Below are positions 35,684-45,532 of a stretch of DNA of 64,000 bases, piece by piece. Position numbers and translations under genes: made by a program. Source of the stretch: a virus (taxonomy: Duplodnaviria > Caudoviricetes). How positions within the stretch are numbered: position 1 is the first letter of the stretch; each line of letters starts with the position of its first letter. Below the pieces are notes generated by a model that saw only the letters and a program-made list of their open reading frames with translations, was not told the DNA's origin and searched no databases. Location of the stretch: the IMG/VR virus record IMGVR_UViG_2740892367_000002, positions 31,864-95,863 of that record. One strand, given 5' to 3'.

Positions 35684-36751
35684 GTGAGCAAGACCGGATC
35701 GCCCTCCGATAAGAGGCGGCGCGTGGAACCTGAAGCCGCACCGGCCAAGCCGGCGCCGAAGAAGACTGCCGCCCGGAAGACGCCAGCCAAGCCTGCCAGC
35801 ACCGAGAACTGGAAGGTACACGACACGCGCGGTATGTCTCCGGAGCAGATTGCCGCCATTGCCATTGGCAAGCCGAAGTCCGGTAAGGCCAAAGCCGACC
35901 AGACGGCAACAGCGCCCAAGGCAACCGCCAAGAAGCCAGCTCGGAAGCCCGACACCCGTAAGCGTCCTGCCGGGAAGAAGGTCACGCCAGTCCCAAAGGC
36001 AACGGCCAAGCCGACCACGGAAGAACTGACCGAGAAGCAGAAGCGCTTTGGCGACGAATACCTGATCGACCTGAACGGTACGCAAGCTGCCATCCGTGCC
36101 GGATACAGCACAAGGACGGCCCGCGCCATTGCTGCGGAGAACCTGACGAAACCGGCCGTCGTGGCCTATATCCAGGCTGCGATGGACGCGCGCGCCGAAC
36201 GGACGCAGATCACGCAGGACCAGGTATTGCGCCGCTGGCACCAGATCGCATTCGCTGACGCCAATGACCTGATCGAGTACCGCCGCGTCTGCTGTCGGCA
36301 CTGTCACGGCGTCGATCACCAGTACCAATGGGTCGATGAGGCTGAATTTCAGCGCGTGCTCACCCGCATCCTTGCCGAGGCGGACAAGGATGGCCCGGCG
36401 CCATCGCTGCCCACGGATGCCGGCGGATTCGGGTTCGACGCCAAGGCCGACCCGCACGAGGATTGCCCGGAATGCCACGGAGAGGGCCATGGCCTACCGC
36501 ACATCCACGACACGCGGAAGCTGCGGTCTGGAGCTCGCGCGCTCTACGCGGGCGTGAAGGTCACCAAGGACGGCATCGAGGTGAAGATGCACGACCAGGG
36601 CAAGGCGCTGGAAAACATCGCTCGCCACCTGCAGATGTTCGTGGACAAGTCCGAAGTCGACATCAAGAAGTCAGCCGCAGACATGACGGACGAAGAGCTG
36701 GATGCCGCAATCGCCGCCCGCCAGTCCGACCTGATGGCTGACGCCGACTGA
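35684..36751 (+). CDS. terS: Terminase small subunit with K/A/P-rich N-terminal extension and Zn motifs
   Basis: LTEKQKRF..EYLIDLNGTQAAIRAGYS; CCRHCHG, CPECHG. Confidence 0.9.
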   Translation: MSKTGSPSDKRRRVEPEAAPAKPAPKKTAARKTPAKPASTENWKVHDTRGMSPEQIAAIAIGKPKSGKAKADQTATAPKATAKKPARKPDTRKRPAGKKVTPVPKATAKPTTEELTEKQKRFGDEYLIDLNGTQAAIRAGYSTRTARAIAAENLTKPAVVAYIQAAMDARAERTQITQDQVLRRWHQIAFADANDLIEYRRVCCRHCHGVDHQYQWVDEAEFQRVLTRILAEADKDGPAPSLPTDAGGFGFDAKADPHEDCPECHGEGHGLPHIHDTRKLRSGARALYAGVKVTKDGIEVKMHDQGKALENIARHLQMFVDKSEVDIKKSAADMTDEELDAAIAARQSDLMADAD

Positions 36752-38289
36752 TGGCTGCTGTTGCCGAGCGTCCCGGGCTATCTCGCGACCAGAAGGTCGA
36801 GCTGCTGGCCATGCTGGAAGAGCGCGCCTATCGAAAGGCGCGGCGGAAGATGTTCGGCCTGTTCCCGGAGTCGGGGAAGTACTGCCGCCTGCTGTACCCG
36901 AAGCACCTGCAGTTTTTCGAAGCGGGCGCAGCCTACCGCGAACGCTGCTTCATGGCCGGCAACCGGATCGGTAAGACCGAAGGCGGCGCCTACGAGACCA
37001 CCTGCCACCTGACCGGCCGCTATCCGGACTGGTGGACCGGCCGGCGCTTCACCAAGCCCGTGCGCTTCTGGGCGGCCGGCAAGACCAACGAAACGACCCG
37101 CGACATCGTCCAGGCCAAGCTGCTGGGCGAGATCACGCACGCCAGCGGCCGGAAGGGCGTCACTGGCACCGGCATGATCCCCGGCGACGACATCGGCAAG
37201 ATCACCTGGAAGCAGGGCGTGCCGGACATGGTCGACACCGTCAAGATCAAGCACGTGTCCGGCGGGTGGTCGAAGCTGGGGTTCAAGAGCTATCAGCAGG
37301 GCCGCGGATCGTTCGAAGGCACAGAGCAGGATGGCGTTTGGCTGGACGAAGAGCCGCCCATCGACATCTATGGCGAATGTTTGATCCGGACGGCGACCAC
37401 CGGCGGCCTGATCTACATCACGTTCACCCCGCTCGAAGGCATGAGCGAAACCGTGATGGCGTTCCTGCCCAACGGCCTACCGGACACGAAGGATGTCATC
37501 GCCTCGCGTGTCAGTGCATCCAAGTACCTGGTCATGGCTGGGTGGGACGACGTTCCCCATCTGGACGCAAAGACAAAGTCGGAACTGCTCGAGGCGACGC
37601 CGCCATACCTGCGCGAAGCCCGGTCCAAGGGCTATCCGGTGCTCGGTTCGGGCCGGATCTTCCCGGTGGACGAGGAAACTATCAAGGTTGCGTCGTTCGT
37701 GCTGCCGGACTCGTGGCCACGCATCTGCGCGCTGGACTTCGGTTGGGACCACCCGAGTGCCATGGTCTGGATCGCTTGGGACCGCGACAACGACATCATC
37801 TACGTCTACGACTGCCTGCGCATCCGGGAGGCAACGCCAAAGGACCAGGCGCCGCTGATCTTGTCACGCGGCGACTGGATTCCTGTTGCATGGCCACACG
37901 ACGGCCTGAACACAGAGAAGGGCAGTGGCGAGCAACTGGCAGAGCTATACCGAAAAGAGGGCGTCAACATGCTCTGGGAGCGTGCGCAGTACGCAGAAAC
38001 AGGTACGGAAGATGAATCGAGGGTGTCGCGCTCTAGTGTCGAGGCCGGTCTGATGGACATGCTCAACCGCATGCAGACAGGCAAATGGAAGGTCTTCGCC
38101 CACCTGTCCGACTGGTTCCAAGAGTTCCGTTTGTACCACCGCAAGGATGGAAAGATCGTCAAGTTGAAGGACGACCTGATGTCCGCTAGCCGGTACGGAA
38201 CCATGACGCTGCGCTTTGCCTCCACGCCTCCCGTGCCCACGACTCGAATTGATACCCGAGACAGAGAATACGATTGGCGTGCCGGTTGA
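36751..38289 (+). CDS. terL: Terminase large subunit
   Basis: Walker A AGNRIGKT, Walker B WLDEE, TFTP, DFGWDHP, DDLMSA.RY. Confidence 0.95.
   Translation: MAAVAERPGLSRDQKVELLAMLEERAYRKARRKMFGLFPESGKYCRLLYPKHLQFFEAGAAYRERCFMAGNRIGKTEGGAYETTCHLTGRYPDWWTGRRFTKPVRFWAAGKTNETTRDIVQAKLLGEITHASGRKGVTGTGMIPGDDIGKITWKQGVPDMVDTVKIKHVSGGWSKLGFKSYQQGRGSFEGTEQDGVWLDEEPPIDIYGECLIRTATTGGLIYITFTPLEGMSETVMAFLPNGLPDTKDVIASRVSASKYLVMAGWDDVPHLDAKTKSELLEATPPYLREARSKGYPVLGSGRIFPVDEETIKVASFVLPDSWPRICALDFGWDHPSAMVWIAWDRDNDIIYVYDCLRIREATPKDQAPLILSRGDWIPVAWPHDGLNTEKGSGEQLAELYRKEGVNMLWERAQYAETGTEDESRVSRSSVEAGLMDMLNRMQTGKWKVFAHLSDWFQEFRLYHRKDGKIVKLKDDLMSASRYGTMTLRFASTPPVPTTRIDTRDREYDWRAG
38243..38269 (+). promoter_or_regulatory. 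Late promoter motif copy 2 (portal), inside the terL 3' end
   Basis: CTCGAAT-N14-GAGAAT, 50 nt before the portal ATG. Confidence 0.5.
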
Positions 38290-38319
38290 TCGCGGCGCGC
38301 GCCATGGAGATTCCTGCCG

Positions 38320-40401
38320 ATGGGCGACATTCAACTGACGAGCGCTGCAATCCCCCGTACCGACGAGCCTATGACCGCCGGCAAGGGGTCTGGCCGCGTT
38401 GATGGCGACGTCGAGCGTACCACCGGGCTACCCGAAGAGCTCAAGGACGAGCCGCTTTCCCCCGAGCAGGTGGCGGATTTCCTCTTCGAGGTGAAGCGCC
38501 AGCCCGCCTGGCGCAAAGAATCCGACCGCTGCTGCGACTACTACGACGGCAACCAACTCGATGCCCGCACGCTGGAGATCCTTGATAGCCGCGGCCAGCC
38601 ACCCCTGATCACCAACCTGGTCAAGCCGAGCATCGACACGGTGCTGGGCATGGAGGCGAAATCTCGCAGCGACTGGCGGGTGCGTGCCGAAGACGATGGC
38701 ATCGCCAGCCCGGACGCATCCGAGGCGCTGTCCCTCAAGCTCAAGCACGCCGAGACCGAATCCCGAGCAGACCGCGCATGCTCTGACGCCTATTCCGGTG
38801 AGATCAAGGCCGGCGTAGGCTGGGTCGAGGTCTCGCGCGAGCACGACCCGTTCAAGTTTCCGTACCGCGTCAAGAGCGTCCACCGCCGGGAAATCTCGTG
38901 GGACTGGCGCTCCATTGAGCCCAATCTGTCCGATGCGAAATACCTGATCCGCCGTCGCTGGCTGGACGTGGACGCCGCCATCGCCATGATGCCGGAGTAC
39001 GCCAACCTGCTGCGTTACACCTTGGGCGCGTGGGCTGGATTCGACCCGATATACCCGGGCAGCACGGGATTGCAGCGCGCCTTCGATATCGAGCGCGACA
39101 CCCGGATGGACCATGACGACTGGCGCGACACTGTGCGCAGGCGCGTCTGCCTGTACGAAATCTGGTACCGCAAGTGGGTATCCGGCTTCGTAATGAGCAT
39201 GCCGAGCGGCAATGTCATCGAGGTCGACTTCAACAATCCGAAGCACAGCACGGCGATCCTGTCCGGCATGGTGCGCGTCGAGCGCCGCACCTTCGAGAAG
39301 GTCCGTCTGGCCTGGTACTGCGGTCCGCACTTCCTCTACGACGTGCCGAGCCCGTACAAGCATGGCTACTTCCCGTACGTGCCGTTCTTCGGCCACCGGG
39401 AAGACCAGACCGGCACCCCGTACGGCCTGATCCGCGCGATGCTGTCGCCCCAAGACGAGATCAACGCGCGGAAGTCGAAGCAGCTCTGGTTGCTGAACAG
39501 CCGTCGCGTGATCACCGACGCCGATGCAGTGACAGACCACAAGCTGGCGAGGCAGGAAGCGGCACGCGCTGATGCGTACATCACGCTCAATCCAGCGCGC
39601 AAGCCGACGAGCCAGTTCAAGATCGAGGTGGGTGGTGACCTTGCCGCGCAGCAGTTCGGCGCCATGCAGGAGGCAAAGCAGGAGATCGCCGAGGCCTCCG
39701 GGATCCACAAGTCCATGATGGGCCAGCAGTCGGGCGCCACGTCCGGCCTCGCCATCAATTCGCTGGTCGAGCAGGGTCTGAACACCCTAGCGGAGATCAA
39801 CGATAACTTCCGCTTCGCCCGCCGCATGGTCGGCGAGCTGCTGTTTTCCCTGCTGCTCGAAGACATGGATGGCAAACAGATCCCGGTGGAGGTCGGCGAT
39901 GGCAAGGCCAAGCGCGTGATCGTCCTCAACCAGATGGTGCAGGACCCGCAGTCGGGCGAGATGGTCAAAATCAACGACACGAGCCGCGTGCGCGCCAAGA
40001 TCGTGCTGGACGACATCCCGAGCACGCCGACCTTCAAGCTGCAACAGCAGCAGATGATGTCCGAGATTGCCAAGTCGCTGCCGCCTGATCTGCAGGCCGT
40101 GCTCGTGCCGTTCCTGGTGGCGATGAGCGACATGCCGAACAAGACTGAGATCGTGGATCTGCTCAAGCAGAAGCTCGGCATGGCTGACGAGGAAGCGCAG
40201 GCCGCCGCCGCAAAGGCTCAGCAGGCCATGGCCGAGAAGATGCAGCAGATGCAGGACCGCCTCGCCGTCCTCGAGGCTGCCGACAAGGCGGCCAGCATCC
40301 GGTTCAAGAACGCCCAGGCCGACAAGCTGGAGGCGGAGACCGCGCAGATCGGTATCGCGCCGGCCGAGTACACCACCTACGCCACGAGCGAGAACACATG
40401 A
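38320..40401 (+). CDS. Portal protein (P22-like podovirus type)
   Basis: DYYDGNQ, YGLIR.M..PQDE.N.R.SK, SG.AI; long C-terminal helical barrel; follows terL. Confidence 0.85.
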   Translation: MGDIQLTSAAIPRTDEPMTAGKGSGRVDGDVERTTGLPEELKDEPLSPEQVADFLFEVKRQPAWRKESDRCCDYYDGNQLDARTLEILDSRGQPPLITNLVKPSIDTVLGMEAKSRSDWRVRAEDDGIASPDASEALSLKLKHAETESRADRACSDAYSGEIKAGVGWVEVSREHDPFKFPYRVKSVHRREISWDWRSIEPNLSDAKYLIRRRWLDVDAAIAMMPEYANLLRYTLGAWAGFDPIYPGSTGLQRAFDIERDTRMDHDDWRDTVRRRVCLYEIWYRKWVSGFVMSMPSGNVIEVDFNNPKHSTAILSGMVRVERRTFEKVRLAWYCGPHFLYDVPSPYKHGYFPYVPFFGHREDQTGTPYGLIRAMLSPQDEINARKSKQLWLLNSRRVITDADAVTDHKLARQEAARADAYITLNPARKPTSQFKIEVGGDLAAQQFGAMQEAKQEIAEASGIHKSMMGQQSGATSGLAINSLVEQGLNTLAEINDNFRFARRMVGELLFSLLLEDMDGKQIPVEVGDGKAKRVIVLNQMVQDPQSGEMVKINDTSRVRAKIVLDDIPSTPTFKLQQQQMMSEIAKSLPPDLQAVLVPFLVAMSDMPNKTEIVDLLKQKLGMADEEAQAAAAKAQQAMAEKMQQMQDRLAVLEAADKAASIRFKNAQADKLEAETAQIGIAPAEYTTYATSENT

Positions 40402-40787
40402 CGGAAAAGCTGCTGCTCGTTGCCGGTGATACCGGCCCAGACGTGGTGATCCCGCTCTCCGACGCGAACAGCGGAACGCCGATCAACCTGTCCGACGCAG
40501 GGACGACCGTGGTGGTGGAGATGTTCCCGGTTGGCGATTCGGCCGTTCGGTTCACGCTGCCGTGCGCGAAGATCGCCGGCAAAGAGAACGACGACGGTTC
40601 CATCGATCTGTCCGGCTCCTACGGCCTGCCCGGCGGAGGCGGGCGCGTGCTGATGCACTGGACGGCAGAAGCTCTCCAGACGGCGGGGCTCTACAAGGCC
40701 CAGGTGGTGGTGACGTTCGGCAACGGCGTCAGGCAAACGACGTACGAGCTGACGCCTATCAAGATTCGGGAGCGCACCAGTGGCTAA
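40398..40787 (+). CDS. BppU-N-like Ig-fold adaptor protein
   Basis: GDT.P....L.D..G.PINLS..AG.Y.A.V.VTF.NG..QT. Confidence 0.6.
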   Translation: MTEKLLLVAGDTGPDVVIPLSDANSGTPINLSDAGTTVVVEMFPVGDSAVRFTLPCAKIAGKENDDGSIDLSGSYGLPGGGGRVLMHWTAEALQTAGLYKAQVVVTFGNGVRQTTYELTPIKIRERTSG

Positions 40788-41202
40788 GGGTGGCATCGCC
40801 GCGCGGCTCGTCTACGTTCGGCTGGAAGCGAACGTCCACGCGCCTGTCATACATGCGCGGATGACAGCCATCCACCTGGCCGCGCGGATGCGGCTCGATG
40901 CCATCGGACTGGACAAGGCATTCGCCGACGACATCGAGGCGAGCGATGCTGCGCCTGAGATAGCGGTAGGGAAGGGCCTGTCGGACACCATTGCCGCCAG
41001 CGATTTCCCACCGACTTTCGATTTCGGGAAGGGCCTGGCCGACTCGATTGCTGCCAGCGACGGCTCGTTTCAGATTGCGGTCGACAAGTCCCTCTCTGAC
41101 GCGATCGCCGCTACTGAGAGCGGCCGCGTGGTCGTTCAGAGCTATGCCGAAGATCCATTCTATTTCGCCAGCGACTACGCGGGCACCAGCCGCAGCTTCT
41201 AA
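40780..41202 (+). CDS. Protein with four 19-aa tandem repeats
   Basis: K.(F/L).D.I.A(S/T)(D/E) repeated four times. Confidence 0.65.
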   Translation: MAKGGIAARLVYVRLEANVHAPVIHARMTAIHLAARMRLDAIGLDKAFADDIEASDAAPEIAVGKGLSDTIAASDFPPTFDFGKGLADSIAASDGSFQIAVDKSLSDAIAATESGRVVVQSYAEDPFYFASDYAGTSRSF

Positions 41203-41214
41203 GGAACCGAACAG

Positions 41215-41661
41215 ATGCACCTCAATGACGAACTTCCCGAGTTGACCGGCCGGCTGACGATTGAGCTATTTGACGATGGCGGAAAGCTCAAGGACTTCCG
41301 CGAGATCGAAAACCTGGTGGTCACTACAGGCAAGAACTGGTGGGCCGCCCGCGGTACCAACGCGCCGCCCGCAGCAATGAGTCATATGGCTGTCGGCGCG
41401 GGCGCCGTGGCGCCTCTTCTCGGGGACCTCACGTTGGGCGGCGAGCTAGGCCGCGTCGCGCTCGCCAGCCAGACAACTCTGGGAAACGTCACCACATATG
41501 CGGCCGGCTTTGGTAAGGGCATCGGCACTGGCGCAGTCACGGAAGCCGCGATCTTCAACGACCCCGCGGCGGGCACGATGCTCAACCGCGCGACGTTCCC
41601 GGTGGTGAACAAGGGGGCGAACGACACGATGACGATTACCTGGGCGGTCACGCAGAACTAA
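41215..41661 (+). CDS. Structural fibre-attachment-like protein
   Basis: NLVVTTG..MAVG.G..L..ELGR..GAVTEA.IFN..G.ML.R..FPVVNK. Confidence 0.65.
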   Translation: MHLNDELPELTGRLTIELFDDGGKLKDFREIENLVVTTGKNWWAARGTNAPPAAMSHMAVGAGAVAPLLGDLTLGGELGRVALASQTTLGNVTTYAAGFGKGIGTGAVTEAAIFNDPAAGTMLNRATFPVVNKGANDTMTITWAVTQN

Positions 41662-41673
41662 AGGGCAGAAGCT

Positions 41674-43374
41674 ATGGTCACCATCGTCCTCAAGTCTAGC
41701 AAGCCGGCGAATGTCGGGCTTTCGAATGCAGAGATCGACGGCAATTTCAACAATCTGAATAACGGCAAGGCCGAAAAGTCTGGGGACACGTTCACCGGGC
41801 CCGTCACAGTCAAGCCGCCTGCTGGCGCGTCGACAGTCAACCTTGATGGATCAATCAATCAGGACCGATACGTCGGGTTCTTCGAGAACAGTACGATCCG
41901 ATGGGCTCTGAATGCTGGGCAGGGAAACGGCCACCTCTATCTCATTCGCTATGACGGGAGTGGTGTGAACCAGGACGTGCCGGTCTACTTCGATCGGAAC
42001 AATGGCCAGGCAATCTTCAGCAGTCGTCCAAATTTCGGTGGCTACGTGCCGTGGGATAGCAGCAACCTACCAAAGCCAATGCAGGCCACTGGTGGGGTGT
42101 TCAATGGCCCGGTCTCATTCACCAATGGAGGAGCAGGTGGGAGTGACGTTATCCTCCAACTTGACTCTGCTGGCGGGAAGTACCGTTACACCAAGTACAG
42201 TACTGCGGGCATGCCTCGCTGGGCGGTCGGACTGGATCAGTCGCCAGAGTTGGGCGGCAATGCTGGTGCGAGCTGGTTCATGGCACGTTACTCCGACGCC
42301 GGAGACTACATCGACACGCCCTTCTCCATCAATAGAGCTAACGGTACGGCAACGTTCGCCATGCGCCCACAATGGAACGGCGGTGCCGTCCCTTGGGACA
42401 GTTCAAACCTGCCGAAGCCTGTGCAGTTCACGGATGGACCGTTCACCTTCCGAAACAAGCTGATCAACGGCAACTTCGATTTCTGGCATCGGGGGAGTAC
42501 TTCGTCCGCCGGTGGCTTTCTTGCCGACCGGTGGAACCTGATGACAGGACCCGGAACGACAGTGTCGCAGACGCGTGTCGCGCTCAGCCCTGGCGTCTTT
42601 CCGGGCGCAAAGGCGGCGTGGTCGACGGCAATCTCTGCGGCCGGCGATGCAACGAACGGCGTTGCCGTGCACACGCAGCGTATTGAGGGCGTTGACGCTC
42701 TGCGAGGCATCATCACCGTTTCGTTTGCCGCCGCTGCCGATGTCGCCGGGAAGAGCGTCTCTGTGAATGTCCTTCAGAGCTTTGGCACCGGTGGGTCACC
42801 GAGCGCCAACGTACAGGTGGGCGCTCAGAAGGTTGTGCTTGGCGCGGCACTGGGGCCGCGCTACAGCCTGCAGTTCTCATTGCCATCCATCGCGGGCAAG
42901 ACGTTGGGTACGAACGGCGACGACTTTCTGGAGATCGAGTTCTATTTGTCAGGCGGGACGGCCTACAACGTTCCGGCGGCTGCGATCGGCCAGCAGATCG
43001 GGACGTTCTACATTGCGCAGGTGCAAGCGGAGGCTGGATCAACTCCGACACCTTTCGAGCTGCGGCCGCTCGCTGCAGAGCTGAAGCTGTGTCAGCGCTA
43101 CTACGAAGTCGGGAATGTCCCGCCGGTGTACAACGCCGGGACGGCCTTTCCAGCAATGATGTTCCCCATTGTCTTCAAGGCGACAAAGCGCACGTACCCA
43201 ACCATCGCCTTCGCGTCTGTCTCGTACTACAGCAGTGGCGTGGTTATCCCAATATCGTCCGGCTATAGCGCCGTAGGTGTGAATCCAGACTCAGCATCGC
43301 TGTATATCAGCAGCGGCACGACGAACATGAACGGGCTGTCCGCAGGGTTCTGGTCGGCTTCGTCCGAACTATAA
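41674..43374 (+). CDS. Tail/head fibre protein with duplicated shaft module and CBM-like C-terminal domain
   Basis: EIDGNF.NLN, K.GDTFTG; VPWDSSNLPKP x2; RNKLINGNFDFW.RG..ADRW; ATPFE.RP..EL.LCQRYY-type ending. Confidence 0.8.
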   Translation: MVTIVLKSSKPANVGLSNAEIDGNFNNLNNGKAEKSGDTFTGPVTVKPPAGASTVNLDGSINQDRYVGFFENSTIRWALNAGQGNGHLYLIRYDGSGVNQDVPVYFDRNNGQAIFSSRPNFGGYVPWDSSNLPKPMQATGGVFNGPVSFTNGGAGGSDVILQLDSAGGKYRYTKYSTAGMPRWAVGLDQSPELGGNAGASWFMARYSDAGDYIDTPFSINRANGTATFAMRPQWNGGAVPWDSSNLPKPVQFTDGPFTFRNKLINGNFDFWHRGSTSSAGGFLADRWNLMTGPGTTVSQTRVALSPGVFPGAKAAWSTAISAAGDATNGVAVHTQRIEGVDALRGIITVSFAAAADVAGKSVSVNVLQSFGTGGSPSANVQVGAQKVVLGAALGPRYSLQFSLPSIAGKTLGTNGDDFLEIEFYLSGGTAYNVPAAAIGQQIGTFYIAQVQAEAGSTPTPFELRPLAAELKLCQRYYEVGNVPPVYNAGTAFPAMMFPIVFKATKRTYPTIAFASVSYYSSGVVIPISSGYSAVGVNPDSASLYISSGTTNMNGLSAGFWSASSEL

Positions 43375-43385
43375 GGAGGAACCCC

Positions 43386-43790
43386 ATGTATCAGATACAG
43401 AGGGACCAGGCCGGGGAGCGCATCTGCATCCTGCGTGCCGATGACGGTGCATGCATTCCGATGGATGGGGGCAACCGCGACTACCAAGAATACCTAGTAT
43501 GGGTGGAGGCTGGAAACGTGGCCGCCGAGCAGCCGCCTCTGCCAGAGCCAGTCCCGCAGAGCGTAACGCGGTTCCAGGCAAAGGCGGCGCTGCTGAATGC
43601 TGGGTACCTTGACGAGGTGAACACGCTGATGTCGGCCCTGGAAACGCCGGCCATGTTTAAGCTGGCTTGGGCTGAAGCGCTTAACTTCGAGCGCGGTGCG
43701 CAGACAGTTGCCGCAATGCAGGCAGTTCTCGGACTTACTGATGGACAGACTGACGATCTCTTCACGGCCGCATCGAAGATCAAAGCATAG
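43386..43790 (+). CDS. Fibre assembly chaperone-like protein
   Basis: IP.D..NRDYQEYL.W...GN; VPQSVTRFQAKAAL. Confidence 0.7.
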   Translation: MYQIQRDQAGERICILRADDGACIPMDGGNRDYQEYLVWVEAGNVAAEQPPLPEPVPQSVTRFQAKAALLNAGYLDEVNTLMSALETPAMFKLAWAEALNFERGAQTVAAMQAVLGLTDGQTDDLFTAASKIKA

Positions 43791-43802
43791 AAGGAAGTAA
43801 CG

Positions 43803-44342
43803 ATGTCGACTCTGCTCTATCCATTCCTGGCATTGCTGGACCTCGTGTTCAGTCACCTCATCGCGCGCCTGCTGTTCAATTGGTGGGTACCGGTGTTCGC
43901 AGATCAAGACGGCTGGCTCCCGAAGTGGTTGGCATGGTTCCAGACGTTCGACGCATCGTTGGATGCGGGCTGGCGAGACGGGTACTTCCCGGTTGACGCA
44001 CTCCCAACCGGATGGCGACTGCATTGGCTTCGCGTGCGGTGGCTGTCGCGCAACAGCGCGTACGGCTTCAGCTACTGGTTCCTCGGCGTGCCGTTCGTAG
44101 CCAAAGACTGGACGTGCAAATGGGAGAGCACGCCACAGCGTGAGTTGTTCATCGCGCGATCGGCCGGCGGCCTATTCAACGTTAGCTACTTCGGACGCTG
44201 GGGCAGACTCAAGATCGGCTGGAAGGCATGGAACTACTTCGACCCCGGGGCCAAGGCATGGAAGCCTGGCTATCAGTGGGGTCCAATGATGCGCACTCCC
44301 ATCACGTTTAGCTACACACCATTTCAGCGCAAGACCGCATAA
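43803..44342 (+). CDS. Trp-rich conserved phage hypothetical protein
   Basis: LPKWL.WFQT.D..LD; WL.RN.AYGF; GWK. Confidence 0.65.
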   Translation: MSTLLYPFLALLDLVFSHLIARLLFNWWVPVFADQDGWLPKWLAWFQTFDASLDAGWRDGYFPVDALPTGWRLHWLRVRWLSRNSAYGFSYWFLGVPFVAKDWTCKWESTPQRELFIARSAGGLFNVSYFGRWGRLKIGWKAWNYFDPGAKAWKPGYQWGPMMRTPITFSYTPFQRKTA

Positions 44343-44369
44343 CTCGAATTGCTACCCGCAACTTAGTAT
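44343..44369 (+). promoter_or_regulatory. Late promoter motif copy 3 (scaffold/capsid)
   Basis: CTCGAAT-N14-TAGTAT in the intergenic region. Confidence 0.7.
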
Positions 44370-44465
44370 TCCCATCAACCCAAGGCCGGTTACCGCGCTG
44401 CCCGGATAGGCAGACCGGCTAGGGATTGAACCTCGCAGCCAACGCGATACGTGGAGTGGAGTGGA

Positions 44466-45521
44466 ATGCAAATCGATCTAAACGACCCCGAGCAGGTACT
44501 GAAGGCTTTCAACGATGTCGAGAGCGGCAAGGAAGTGACGCTACCAGGCGGCGCGACCGAGACACCCCCGGCAGAATCTGAGGCCGACAAGGCAGCACGG
44601 GAAGCAGCCGAAGCAGCGGCGGCCGCAGAAGCGGAGGCAGCGGCAAAGGCGGCCAGCGCCAAAAAGGAAGGCGATGGCGCGACAGTCGATGCGACGCAGA
44701 CGAACGAGAGCAACGCGGAAGGCGTGCTTGCCCGTGACGGCAAGAATGTCATCCCGTTTTCGGTGCTGAAGAGCGAGCGCGAGCGTGCAACCCGAGCCGA
44801 GCAATTGGCCAAGGAAGCTACGGACAAGGTCGCAGAACTTCAAGCGCAGCTTGCCGCAGGGAATCAAGGGGCGAAACCTGGTGAATCCGCCCGCACCGCC
44901 GAGGCAGCAACCGAAGTCGAGACCCTGACCGAAGAGGAATTGGCGGTCCTGAAAGAGGACTTCCCGACCCAGTACAAGGTCTACATGGCGCAGCAAGCGA
45001 CCATCAAGGCCTTGCAGGCACAGCAACAGCAGGTCGAGCAGGAGAGGCAACAGCAGCAAACGGAGCGGCAGCGCACCCAGGAAGAGCAGGTCCGGGATGC
45101 GATCGACGCAACGCCGAAGCTGGCGCACATCCAAGCCACCGACCCGGAACGGTTCGCAGCAGCACAGCAGTTTGATGCCTTGCTGCGCGGCCAACCGAAG
45201 TGGGCAGGCAAGCCCCTTGCTGAACGCTTCGCCCGCGTGGTCGAACTTGTCGAGATGGAGCACGGTGCAATCGAGATCCCGGGTGCGAAGCCGCAGACCA
45301 CGACACAAAAGACCCCCGAAGAGCTGAAGAAGGAAGCAGAGGCAGCCGCAGCTAAGGCCAAGCCTGTCGTCCCGACTTCGCTTTCGGACTTCCCGGCCGG
45401 ATCTCCACCCGCCAACAGCGAGCAGGAAGCGCTGGAGTCTCTGACCCCGCTCCAGCTCGCCGACAAGATGGCGAAGATGAACCCGGCCCAACTGGAAGCC
45501 TATTTGAACACACTCGAATGA
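44466..45521 (+). CDS. Capsid scaffolding protein
   Basis: Acidic Ala/Glu/Gln coiled coil, DGKNVIPFSVL..ER; immediately before the major capsid gene. Confidence 0.75.
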   Translation: MQIDLNDPEQVLKAFNDVESGKEVTLPGGATETPPAESEADKAAREAAEAAAAAEAEAAAKAASAKKEGDGATVDATQTNESNAEGVLARDGKNVIPFSVLKSERERATRAEQLAKEATDKVAELQAQLAAGNQGAKPGESARTAEAATEVETLTEEELAVLKEDFPTQYKVYMAQQATIKALQAQQQQVEQERQQQQTERQRTQEEQVRDAIDATPKLAHIQATDPERFAAAQQFDALLRGQPKWAGKPLAERFARVVELVEMEHGAIEIPGAKPQTTTQKTPEELKKEAEAAAAKAKPVVPTSLSDFPAGSPPANSEQEALESLTPLQLADKMAKMNPAQLEAYLNTLE

Positions 45522-45532
45522 GGGCCTAAGTC

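Noticed and set aside
42020-42420. DGR template/variable repeat or invertible segment in the fibre gene
   Set aside because: The duplicated VPWDSSNLPKP module differs mostly at synonymous positions, not adenine-specifically; no reverse transcriptase or invertase in the window
45513-45519. CTCGAAT before the capsid gene
   Set aside because: No -10-like hexamer at the 14-nt spacing; it coincides with the scaffold's last codons
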